This document shows positions 8,672 to 16,682 of a stretch of DNA of 64,000 nucleotides, one piece after another. The DNA lies in assembly GCA_035649475.1 (NCBI GenBank), contig DASRJM010000164.1, positions 20,521 to 84,520 of the forward strand, in the 5' to 3' direction. Position numbers and translations under genes: made by a program. The notes below the pieces were generated by a model. That model saw nothing but the letters and a program-made list of their open reading frames with translations, made no database searches and was not told the DNA's origin. The DNA is from Acidimicrobiales bacterium (lineage in GTDB: Bacteria > Actinomycetota > Acidimicrobiia > Acidimicrobiales > VFJN01). The stretch's first letter is position 1, and every line of letters begins with the position of its first letter.

Positions 8672-9883
8672 TCAGCGCACCTCGTCGAGGATGGGCTGGG
8701 CCTCGTCGTCGCGCAGGATCAGCACCGCGCCCGACTCGTTGCGATCGTTGTCGACCGGCAGCGGCGGCAGGGCCTCGGGCGTGATGCCCCGCATGCCCCA
8801 GCCCAGCTTCAGCGCGTCGGTGAACGTCATCTCGTCGTCGATGCGCAGGCCGCCGGCCATGCCGCTGGCCGCCCGGGCCAGGGCGAAGGGGTTGCGGGTG
8901 TCGCTCAGCTTGCCGAACACCACCGTGAGGAACTTCTGCTGGCGCTGGATGCGGCCGAGGTCGGCGGTCGGGTCCTCGACCCACTCGCCGTCCTTGAGCT
9001 CCTGGTAGTGGCGGGAGCGGACGTAGGCCAGGGCCTGGTCGCCGTTCAGCTCGACCGGTCCCGTCTCCATCACGAACAGGCCCGACTCGGTGTCCTGGGC
9101 CGGGAAGGGGAAGTCGATCGTGATGCCGCCCAGGCCGTCGACCAGGCCGGCGAAGCTGACGAAGTCGACCTCCATGTAGCGGTCGATCGGGATGTCGAAG
9201 TTCTGGGTGACCGTGTCGACCAGCCGGGTGGGGCCGCCGTTGTAGGCCGCGTTGATCTTCTGGCTGCCGTCGGTGCCGGCGATCGGCACGTAGAGGTCGC
9301 GGGGGATCGACAGCATCTTCGCCTTGCCGCCCTCGAGGTGAAGCACGAGGATCGTGTCGGACCGCTGGCCGCTCGGCGCCTCGGAACCGTTGAAGCCGGC
9401 GTCGCCCTCCTCGGTGACGTTCTCGCGGGTGTCGGAGCCGACGATGAGGTAGTTGGTGCCGCTGGAGGACGACGTCAGCGACGAGCTGACCTCGACCCGC
9501 TCGATGCGGTTGAAGATGCTGCGGGCGTACAGAAAGCTCGCCACGAGCGCCAGCACGATCAGCACCGACAGGATGAGCAGCACCCGCTTCCAGCGCAGGC
9601 GCCGCCACCACGGCCGGCCGCCATCGGTACGGGGCGGTGCCCCGGCGGGGGGAACGCCGCGGGGCTCGCGGGATCGGTGGTCGCGTGGCGGGCGGGGCGG
9701 CGCGCTGCCGCCGCCACCCGGTGACGGCGCCGGGCGCGGGGGCGCGCTCGACCGGCCTGCGCTCCGGGCCGGGGCGGAGGGGGCGGGGATGAAGACCCGC
9801 CGGGGATCGCTCGCCGGCGACCGTTCGGGCTCGTGGAACCGGTCGCTCACAAGAAAACCAGGGTAGCGCCGCGGGCTGGGCAC
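8672..9883 (-). CDS. LCP (LytR-CpsA-Psr) family cell-wall glycopolymer ligase
   Basis: Disordered cytoplasmic N-terminus, one TM (VLLILSVLIVLALVASFLY), then LCP core motifs NYLIVGSDTRE, RSDTILVLHL and SIPRDLYV. The exact start is uncertain. Confidence 0.85.
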   Translation of the reverse strand: MPSPRRYPGFLVSDRFHEPERSPASDPRRVFIPAPSAPARSAGRSSAPPRPAPSPGGGGSAPPRPPRDHRSREPRGVPPAGAPPRTDGGRPWWRRLRWKRVLLILSVLIVLALVASFLYARSIFNRIERVEVSSSLTSSSSGTNYLIVGSDTRENVTEEGDAGFNGSEAPSGQRSDTILVLHLEGGKAKMLSIPRDLYVPIAGTDGSQKINAAYNGGPTRLVDTVTQNFDIPIDRYMEVDFVSFAGLVDGLGGITIDFPFPAQDTESGLFVMETGPVELNGDQALAYVRSRHYQELKDGEWVEDPTADLGRIQRQQKFLTVVFGKLSDTRNPFALARAASGMAGGLRIDDEMTFTDALKLGWGMRGITPEALPPLPVDNDRNESGAVLILRDDEAQPILDEVR

Positions 9884-9910
9884 ACCTTGGCACCCCGGTG
9901 GCGCCGCGTC

Positions 9911-11383
9911 TCAGCGCTTGTCGCTGACACCGGCCTCGTCGAACGTGGCCATCTCCCGCAGGACCCGGACGGCGGCCTCGACCACGGGCAGGGCCAGCGC
10001 CGCCCCGGTGCCCTCGCCCAGGCGCAGGTCCAGATCGATGACCGGGTCGAGGCCGAGGGCGTCGAGCACGGCGGACGACCCGGGCTCGACCGAGCGGTGG
10101 CCCGCGATCACGCACGCCTCGACGCCGGGGACGAGGCGGCTGGCGACGAGGAGCGCGGCGGCGGCGATGACGCCGTCGACGATCACGGGCACCTGGAGCG
10201 CGGCCGCGGCCACCACGAGCCCGGCGAGCGCGGCGTGCTCCAGCCCGCCGACCTCGGCCAGGACCGCGAGGGCGTCGTCGCCGTGGGCGTAGCGGGCTCG
10301 GGCGGCGGCCGCCGCCACCAGCGCGGTCTTGCGGGTGAGCAGGTCGTCGTCGATGCCGGTGCCCCGGCCGGTGACCTCGGTGGCGGGCAGGTCGGTGAGG
10401 CTGGCCACCAGCGCGGCCGATGGCGTGGTGTTGGCGATGCCCATGTCGCCGGTCACGAGGCAGGCCGCGCCGCCCGCCACCAGGCGCAGGGCGGCGGCGG
10501 CCCCGGCATCGAGTGCCCGGCCGGCCTCGTCGCGTGTCATGGCCGGCCCGACCGTGAGGTCGGCGGTGCCGCGGCGGACGTTGGCGTCGACCAGCCCCCG
10601 GCGGGGGTCGAGCGGGGTGGCCACGCCCACGTCGACGACGGCCACGTCGGCCCCGGCCTGGCGGGCCAGCACGTTGATGGCGGCCCCGCCGTCCAGCAGG
10701 TTGCCGACCATCTGGGCGGTGACCTCCTGGGGCCAGGGCGAGACGCCCTGGGCATGGACCCCGTGGTCGCCGGCGAACACGGCCACCGCCGCGGGCCGGG
10801 GCAGCGGCGGCGGGGACGTCCCGGCGATGCCGGCCAGCAGCGCGCCGATGTCCTCCAGCCGGCCGAGGGAGCCCGGCGGCTTGGTCAGGCGGAGATGGTG
10901 GTCGCGGGCGGCGGCCGCGGCCCGCGCGTCGGGCGGTCCGGCCAGCAGCGCGGCCGCGGCGAACGGGCCGGCCTCGTCCGCCAGCCAGCCGAACACGGCC
11001 CGGTGCACCGGGCGGTCGCCGCACACCAGCACCGGCGCCCCGACCAGCGCCGCGGGCGGGTCGGGGTCGGGGCGGCGGGTGACGACCAGGGTCCGGCGTG
11101 CGGTGCCGCCGTCGGCGGGCGTGGCGACCGTGAGCGCCCCGGCCGGGAACCCGGCGTCGGACAGGTGGCGGGCCAGCGCGTCCGCCGCGTCCGGGCGGTC
11201 AATGGCGGGCGGGACGTGGACCGCGACGCCCCGGGAGGCCAGCGCCGCCACCAGGCGGCGGGCGCCCTGGCGGGGCCAGGCCACGCCGTCGGGGCCCGGC
11301 TCCGTCGGATTGACGAGCGTGGCGGCGTCGAAGACGACCACGTCGAGCGGGCGGTCGGCGAGTGCAGCGGGCGAGGTCGTCAT
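9911..11383 (-). CDS. cobT: nicotinate-nucleotide--dimethylbenzimidazole phosphoribosyltransferase with an extra N-terminal domain of about 150 aa
   Basis: ORF 9911..11485 trimmed to the ATG at 11383 (MTTSPAAL). CobT motifs LTKPPGSLGRLE, GDMGIANTT and GEGTGA lie in the C-terminal ~340 aa. The N-terminal domain looks like a degenerate HAD fold (VVVFDAAT ... VCGDRP). Confidence 0.85.
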   Translation of the reverse strand: MTTSPAALADRPLDVVVFDAATLVNPTEPGPDGVAWPRQGARRLVAALASRGVAVHVPPAIDRPDAADALARHLSDAGFPAGALTVATPADGGTARRTLVVTRRPDPDPPAALVGAPVLVCGDRPVHRAVFGWLADEAGPFAAAALLAGPPDARAAAAARDHHLRLTKPPGSLGRLEDIGALLAGIAGTSPPPLPRPAAVAVFAGDHGVHAQGVSPWPQEVTAQMVGNLLDGGAAINVLARQAGADVAVVDVGVATPLDPRRGLVDANVRRGTADLTVGPAMTRDEAGRALDAGAAAALRLVAGGAACLVTGDMGIANTTPSAALVASLTDLPATEVTGRGTGIDDDLLTRKTALVAAAAARARYAHGDDALAVLAEVGGLEHAALAGLVVAAAALQVPVIVDGVIAAAALLVASRLVPGVEACVIAGHRSVEPGSSAVLDALGLDPVIDLDLRLGEGTGAALALPVVEAAVRVLREMATFDEAGVSDKR

Positions 11384-11393
11384 GGGCGCACCA

Positions 11394-12329
11394 TCATGGC
11401 CCAGCCAGCGCGTGGTCCAGGCGCTCCAGGTCCCCGGGGCCGGGGACGGCGACGCGCACGTGGTCGACCAGCCCGAACGACGCACAGTCCCGCACCACGA
11501 CCCCCCGGCGGGCCAGCCGGTCGCGCAGGCCCGCGGCCCCCGGCACCAGCACCCACGGCGCGTCCGACGGTCGGGGGGCGAAGCCGTGGGACCGGAGCAC
11601 TGCCACCAGGTCGGCCCGGGCTCCGGCCAGGGCCGCGGTCCACCCAGGCAGGTCGGCCCGGGGCATGAGCTCGAGGACGAGGGCGGCGGCCAGGCCGCTG
11701 ACGGCCCAGGCCGGGCGGCGCGCCCGCACGGCGCCGGCGGCGGCGCCGTCGGGCGCGATGGCGTAGCCCAGCCGCAGCCCCGGGCAGGCGAAGGCCTTGG
11801 TCAGCGAGCCCAGCGCCCAGCCTCCGCGGCCCCGTGTCCAGGTGCCGGCGGCCAGCGGCAGGAACGCCTCGTCCCAGACGCCCGCCACCTCGTCGGGTCC
11901 GGCCAGGCAGCCGGTCGGGTTGTGGGGGTCCGACCGCCACCGCGCCGCGGCGGGGTCCAGCCGGGGCAGGTGGCGGCGGTACAGGCCGAAGTCGGGCTCC
12001 TCGACCCAGCCCGCCCCCATGTGCTCGGCCACGAGGGCGATGGCGGCGGCCCCGCCGGCGGTGAGCACGACCCGCTCGCGGTCGACGCCCAGGCCGGCGG
12101 CGAGGACGGACTCGGCCGCGTCGACGTCGGGGTAGCGGCGCAGCTCGCCCAGGTGGCGGCGGGCCAGCGCGACGACGTCGGGGGCGAACGGGTTGAGGCT
12201 GGCGGAGAGGTCGAGCACGTCGTCGGGGTCGACTCCGAGCGCCGCCGCCACCCGGGCCCCGTCGCCCCCGTGCGCCCCCGGCGGCGGGATCGGCGCGCCG
12301 GTCACCCCCGCCTCCGGCCCGCGGCCCAT
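11394..12329 (-). CDS. cobD: threonine-phosphate decarboxylase / class I-II aminotransferase (CobD in Salmonella nomenclature, CobC in others)
   Basis: C-terminal 311 aa of ORF 11394..13142, from the ATG at 12329 (or the GTG at 12305). Contains HGGD near the N-terminus and DPHNPTG. Sits inside the cob operon. Confidence 0.75.
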   Translation of the reverse strand: MGRGPEAGVTGAPIPPPGAHGGDGARVAAALGVDPDDVLDLSASLNPFAPDVVALARRHLGELRRYPDVDAAESVLAAGLGVDRERVVLTAGGAAAIALVAEHMGAGWVEEPDFGLYRRHLPRLDPAAARWRSDPHNPTGCLAGPDEVAGVWDEAFLPLAAGTWTRGRGGWALGSLTKAFACPGLRLGYAIAPDGAAAGAVRARRPAWAVSGLAAALVLELMPRADLPGWTAALAGARADLVAVLRSHGFAPRPSDAPWVLVPGAAGLRDRLARRGVVVRDCASFGLVDHVRVAVPGPGDLERLDHALAGP

Positions 12330-13234
12330 CCGGCCGCGCCCGCCGCCGCCAGGAGCCCGGCCAGCACCCAGGTCACGTCCCGGGACAGGGCGACGGCCGC
12401 GGCGACGTCGGCCGCCGCCGGGTCCCGGCCCCGGCCGAGGGCCGGCCGGCGCTCGACGAGGTCGCCGTAGCGGTTCTCGCCCCCGCCCAGCCGGAGCCCG
12501 AGGGCGCCGGCGAAGGCGGCCTCGGCCACGCCGGCGTTGGGGGAGGGATGGCGGCCGGCGTCGGCCCGGACCGTGCGCAGCACCTCGGCCGCCCGGCCCG
12601 GTCGGGCCAGGGCCACCAGGCCGGCAGTGGCCCGGGCCGGCACCCAGGCCAGGACGTCGTCCAGCCGGGCGGCGGCGGTCCCGAACCGCCGGTAGATGTC
12701 GTCGCGGTAGCCGACCATCGAGTCGAGCGTGTCGCCCGCGCGGTGGACGAACGCGCCGACGGACCCCGCGGCCAGCGTCCACAGTGCTGGCGCCACCACG
12801 GCGTCGCTCGTGTTCTCGGCCACGGACTCGACGACCGCCCGGGCGATCGCCGCCTCGTCGAGCCGGCTCGGGTCCCGCCCGACCAGGGACGGGAGCCGCT
12901 CCCGGGCAAGGTCGAGGTCCCCGGCCGCCAGCGCGTCGCCCACGTCGGTGGCGGCGTCGTGGAGCCCCCGTCCCGCCGTCGCCAGGTACCCGGCCGCGGC
13001 GGGCGACCCGACCACGGCGCCCGCCAGCGCCGCCGCCCCGACCCCGGCGGCCGCCAGCACGACCCCGGGCGCGCGGCGGTCGTCGTAGATCCGGTCCTCC
13101 AGGGCCGCGACCCCGGACCCGAACAGCGCCACGGGGTGCCACCGGTCCGGCACCGGCGGCTCGCCCACCACCCGGTCCACGACCAGACCCGCCGCGGCTC
13201 CCAGCGCCCGCCGCGACCAGCGCGGGGTCACCAT
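12302..13234 (-). CDS. cbiB: adenosylcobinamide-phosphate synthase
   Basis: ORF 12302..13816 trimmed to the ATG at 13234 (MVTPRWSRRALGAAAGLVVD). Membrane protein with the CbiB motif HPSPNAGVAEAAFAGALG. Overlaps the cobS stop by 7 nt. Confidence 0.85.
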   Translation of the reverse strand: MVTPRWSRRALGAAAGLVVDRVVGEPPVPDRWHPVALFGSGVAALEDRIYDDRRAPGVVLAAAGVGAAALAGAVVGSPAAAGYLATAGRGLHDAATDVGDALAAGDLDLARERLPSLVGRDPSRLDEAAIARAVVESVAENTSDAVVAPALWTLAAGSVGAFVHRAGDTLDSMVGYRDDIYRRFGTAAARLDDVLAWVPARATAGLVALARPGRAAEVLRTVRADAGRHPSPNAGVAEAAFAGALGLRLGGGENRYGDLVERRPALGRGRDPAAADVAAAVALSRDVTWVLAGLLAAAGAAGWAAGRRRG

Positions 13235-13932
13235 CGGGCGGCCGCCACCAGCAGGCCGACGGTCTCGGCGACGACTCCCGCCGCGCCCAGGACGTCGCCC
13301 GTGTAGCCGCCCAGCCGCCGCACCCCCAGCGCCACCACGGCCGCGAAGGCGGCGGTCGCGGCCAGGGCCGTCACGACGCCGGCCACGCCCCCCGCCGCCG
13401 CCACGACGGCCGCCACGGCGACGACCAGCGTGACCAGCGCGCCCGCCGGCGAGGCTCCAGGCCCGAAGCCCGACGCCGCGCCCGTGGCCCGGGCGTAGCG
13501 GACCGTCCCCAGGGTCACGGCCATGGCCGCCCGGGCGCCGGCCCAGAGGCCGGCCACCAGCAGCAGGTCCGGCGCCAGCGATGCGAAGCCCGCGACCCGG
13601 GCGGCCAGCACCACCACCAGGGCGACGACGCCGAAGGCGCCGACGTCGGGTGCGGCCATGACGGCCAGGCGCCGCTCCCGGGGCAGCGGCGGCAGCAGGC
13701 CGTCGGCGCTGTCGGCCAGGCCGTCGAGGTGCAGCATCCCGGTCAGCCCGGCGTCCACCGCCACCGCCAGCACCGCCGCCACCAGGGGCGGCCACAGCTC
13801 GCCCGCGCCCCACCACGCGGCGCCCACGGCCAGCCCGACCAGTGCGCCGACCACACCGAACCAGGCGGGTGCCCGCCCCGAGGGCGGCGACGCCCCGCCC
13901 ACCACGGTGAGGAACCCGAGCGCCGAGCGCAT
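13228..13932 (-). CDS. cobS: adenosylcobinamide-GDP ribazoletransferase (cobalamin synthase)
   Basis: ORF 13228..14268 trimmed to the ATG at 13932 (MRSALGFLTVVGG). Polytopic, with C-terminal GGYTGDVLGA typical of CobS. The ATG overlaps the cobU stop. Confidence 0.85.
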   Translation of the reverse strand: MRSALGFLTVVGGASPPSGRAPAWFGVVGALVGLAVGAAWWGAGELWPPLVAAVLAVAVDAGLTGMLHLDGLADSADGLLPPLPRERRLAVMAAPDVGAFGVVALVVVLAARVAGFASLAPDLLLVAGLWAGARAAMAVTLGTVRYARATGAASGFGPGASPAGALVTLVVAVAAVVAAAGGVAGVVTALAATAAFAAVVALGVRRLGGYTGDVLGAAGVVAETVGLLVAAARW

Positions 13933-14438
13933 CACGGCGCCTCCGGGGGCCGGTCGAGCGGCAGGACCCGCCCGGCCACCACCAGCAGGGCCCGGTCGGC
14001 GACCTCGGCCACGGCGCGGTTCAGCGAGCCGAGCGCGTCGGCGAAGCGCCGCCCCACCTCGGTCGGCGGGTGGACCCCCAGCCCGACCTCCTCCGACACG
14101 ACCACCGTGTCGCCGTTCCGTCCGGTCAGCGCCGCGCCCAGGGCGGCCGCGTCGGGGTCGAGACCCTCGTGGGACGCCACCCACGTGCCCAGCGAGTCGA
14201 CCAGCGCCGGCCCCGCCAGGGACCGGAGGCGGTCCGGCAGGTCCGGTCCCACCTCCAGCGTCGCCCACGCCGCCGGGCGCCGGGCCCGGTGGGCGGCGAT
14301 GCGGGCCCGCATGTCGGCGTCGACCGCCCGGCCGGTGGCCATGTAGGTGACCGCTTCACCGCCGGCGGCCGCCGCGGCCAGCCGTTCGGCGACCTCCGAC
14401 TTGCCCGAGCGCGTGCCTCCAAGCACGAGGGTGATCAC
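13932..14438 (-). CDS. cobU: bifunctional adenosylcobinamide kinase / adenosylcobinamide-phosphate guanylyltransferase
   Basis: 168 aa with the N-terminal P-loop MITLVLGGTRSGKSEVAE. First gene of the cob nucleotide-loop operon. Confidence 0.9.
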   Translation of the reverse strand: MITLVLGGTRSGKSEVAERLAAAAAGGEAVTYMATGRAVDADMRARIAAHRARRPAAWATLEVGPDLPDRLRSLAGPALVDSLGTWVASHEGLDPDAAALGAALTGRNGDTVVVSEEVGLGVHPPTEVGRRFADALGSLNRAVAEVADRALLVVAGRVLPLDRPPEAP

Positions 14439-14464
14439 GGCGACTGCCTACACTTCCGCCCGCC

Positions 14465-14971
14465 ATGGATGCCACCCCCGCGCCCACCCGGCTGCTGTTC
14501 GTGTGCTGGGGCAACATCTGCCGCTCGCCCACGGCCGAGGCGCTCATGCGGCGCATGGCCGACGACGCCGGCGTCGGCGACCTGGTGGTGGTGGACAGCG
14601 CCGGCACCAGCTCCGAGCACGACGGCGGCCCGCCCGACCGCCGGGCGATCGCCGAGGCCGACCGTCGGGGGCTCGACCTGCGCGGCCTGCGGGCGCGCCG
14701 GGTCCGCCCCGCCGACTGGGACGACTACGACCTGCTGCTGGTGGCCGACGACGTGGTCGAGGCCTCCCTGCTGCGCCAGGCACCGCCGGGCGCCGACCTG
14801 TCCAAGGTCCGGCGCATCACCGCCTTCGGCCCCGACGCCGGGACCATCGACGAGGTGCCCGACCCCTACTACGGCGGCCCCGACGGGTTCGAGCTCGTCT
14901 ACGAGGTCGTGTCCCGCGCCTGCGACGGCCTGCTCGACCACGTCCGCGCCACCCACGGGCTCGCGGGCTGA
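14465..14971 (+). CDS. low-molecular-weight protein-tyrosine phosphatase family protein
   Basis: 168 aa with the active-site CX5R(S/T) loop LLFVCWGNICRSPTAEA and DPYYG near the C-terminus. Confidence 0.9.
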   Translation: MDATPAPTRLLFVCWGNICRSPTAEALMRRMADDAGVGDLVVVDSAGTSSEHDGGPPDRRAIAEADRRGLDLRGLRARRVRPADWDDYDLLLVADDVVEASLLRQAPPGADLSKVRRITAFGPDAGTIDEVPDPYYGGPDGFELVYEVVSRACDGLLDHVRATHGLAG

Positions 14972-14976
14972 GGCTG

Positions 14977-15834
14977 GTGGTCTCGCCCGCCCTCGGCGCC
15001 GCGGTCGCCGCGGCCCTGGGGGTGGCCGTGCGATCGGTCGCCGCCGTCGGGGGCGGCTGCATCAGCGACGCCGGGCGCGTCGAGCTGGCCGACGGCCGGA
15101 CGGTGTTCGCCAAGTCGGGCGCCGGCCTGCCGACCGGCCTGCTGGAGGTCGAGGCCGCCGGCCTGGCCTGGCTGGGAGAGGTGGCGGGCGTGCGGGTTCC
15201 CGGCGTCGTGGCCGGGACCGCCGGCGTCCTCGTGATCGACTGGATCGACCCGGGCCCCGCCACCGCCGCCACCGGCGAGGACCTGGGCCGCGAGCTTGCC
15301 GCCCTGCACCGGGCGGGGGCGCCCGGCTTCGGCTGGCACCGCGACGGCTACATCGGCATCCTGCCGCAGCGCAACACCCCCGGGGCGGCGGACTGGGCGA
15401 CGTTCTGGGCCACCCACCGGATCGCCCCGCTGGTCGAGCGGGCCGTCGCCGCCGGCACGCTCGCCCCCGACGCCCGGGGGCTGGCCGACCGCCTGGCCTC
15501 CCGGCTCCCCGACGTGGGCGGCCCGCCCGAGCGGCCGGCCCGGCTCCACGGCGACCTGTGGGCCGGCAACGTCCACGTCGACCGGGAGGGCGGGCCGTGG
15601 CTGGTGGACCCGGCCGCCTACGGGGGCCACCGGGAGGTGGACCTGGCCATGCTGTCGCTGTTCGGCACCCCGGCCCCGGGCGCGCTCGAGGCCTACGACG
15701 AGGCCTTCCCCCTGGCCGACGGCTGGCGGGACCGCCTCGCCCTGTGGCAGCTCGAGCCGCTGCTGACCCACACCGTGATGTTCGGCGGCGGCTACGGCGC
15801 CCGGGCCCTGGCGGTGCTGCGCCGGTTCGCCTAG
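14977..15834 (+). CDS. fructosamine / ketosamine-3-kinase family protein
   Basis: In-frame part of ORF 14347..15834, from the GTG at 14977 (VVSPALGAAV). Kinase motif LHGDLWAGN. Begins 6 nt after the PTP stop. Confidence 0.85.
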   Translation: MVSPALGAAVAAALGVAVRSVAAVGGGCISDAGRVELADGRTVFAKSGAGLPTGLLEVEAAGLAWLGEVAGVRVPGVVAGTAGVLVIDWIDPGPATAATGEDLGRELAALHRAGAPGFGWHRDGYIGILPQRNTPGAADWATFWATHRIAPLVERAVAAGTLAPDARGLADRLASRLPDVGGPPERPARLHGDLWAGNVHVDREGGPWLVDPAAYGGHREVDLAMLSLFGTPAPGALEAYDEAFPLADGWRDRLALWQLEPLLTHTVMFGGGYGARALAVLRRFA

Positions 15835-15843
15835 CCGGCCTGC

Positions 15844-16665
15844 CTAGTCGTCCATCGCCTCGCGGGCGACCCGGGCCATCTCCCGGCCGAAGCGCCGGGC
15901 GCCCGGCGAGGGGACCGGGCACACCAGGTAGGCCCCGTCGGCCGGGCAGAAGTGGGCGCGGTCGGGGCTGCGGACCTTCACCTCGCCACGGTCGCAACCC
16001 TGGCCCGGGCCCTCGTCGTCGGCGCACGGCAGCCGCTCGGCGTAGGCGTGACCGGGGGCGGTGACCGTCGCGGCCGCGTCCGCGTAGCGGACCATGCCGT
16101 AGGCCCGGCCGTCCCACTCCGCGACGATCTGCCGGTAGGCGGCGGCGATGTCGTCCTCGGCTCCGCCCGGCAACCCCGGCGCCACCGGCCCGCCTACCAG
16201 CACGACCCGGGTGCCGTCGCCGGCGAAGATGTCGGCCGCGGCGCGGACGTCGGCCCCGTAGCGGTCGGCGAGGGCCTGGCCGGTCTGGCGGTCGCCGTCG
16301 CCGGTCCGGGTGCAGTCGGTCCCGTTGTTGCCGACGTACTGGATCACGACCACGCTCGGCTGGAGCGTGGCATCCGCCCGCATCGTCTCGAGCGCATCGC
16401 ACGGCGCGCTCCCCGGGACCGGCTTGGTGATCACCAGTGCGGAGCTGATGCGGGCCATCTCCTCGGTGAAGTACGGCGACGACTCCATGGACAGCGAGTC
16501 GCCGTAGAGAACGACCATGCCGCCGGGCCGGTCGGGGTCGGGCCGGGCGGCCGAGAAGGCCAGCGCGGCCACCACCAGGCCGCCGATGGCGAGCAGCGGG
16601 AGCGCACCTCCCGAGCGTGGCGCCGGCTTCCGGCGACTGGACCCCCAGGGCATGCCGACGAGCAT
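15844..16665 (-). CDS. SGNH/GDSL-like hydrolase, membrane-anchored or secreted
   Basis: 273 aa. N-terminal anchor (LPLLAIGGLVVAALAF), then block I VVLYGDSLS and later VIQYVGNN. The start could be either of two ATGs, MLVGMPWG or MPWG. Confidence 0.65.
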   Translation of the reverse strand: MLVGMPWGSSRRKPAPRSGGALPLLAIGGLVVAALAFSAARPDPDRPGGMVVLYGDSLSMESSPYFTEEMARISSALVITKPVPGSAPCDALETMRADATLQPSVVVIQYVGNNGTDCTRTGDGDRQTGQALADRYGADVRAAADIFAGDGTRVVLVGGPVAPGLPGGAEDDIAAAYRQIVAEWDGRAYGMVRYADAAATVTAPGHAYAERLPCADDEGPGQGCDRGEVKVRSPDRAHFCPADGAYLVCPVPSPGARRFGREMARVAREAMDD

Positions 16666-16682
16666 GGCAGACTCGCGCCGCG

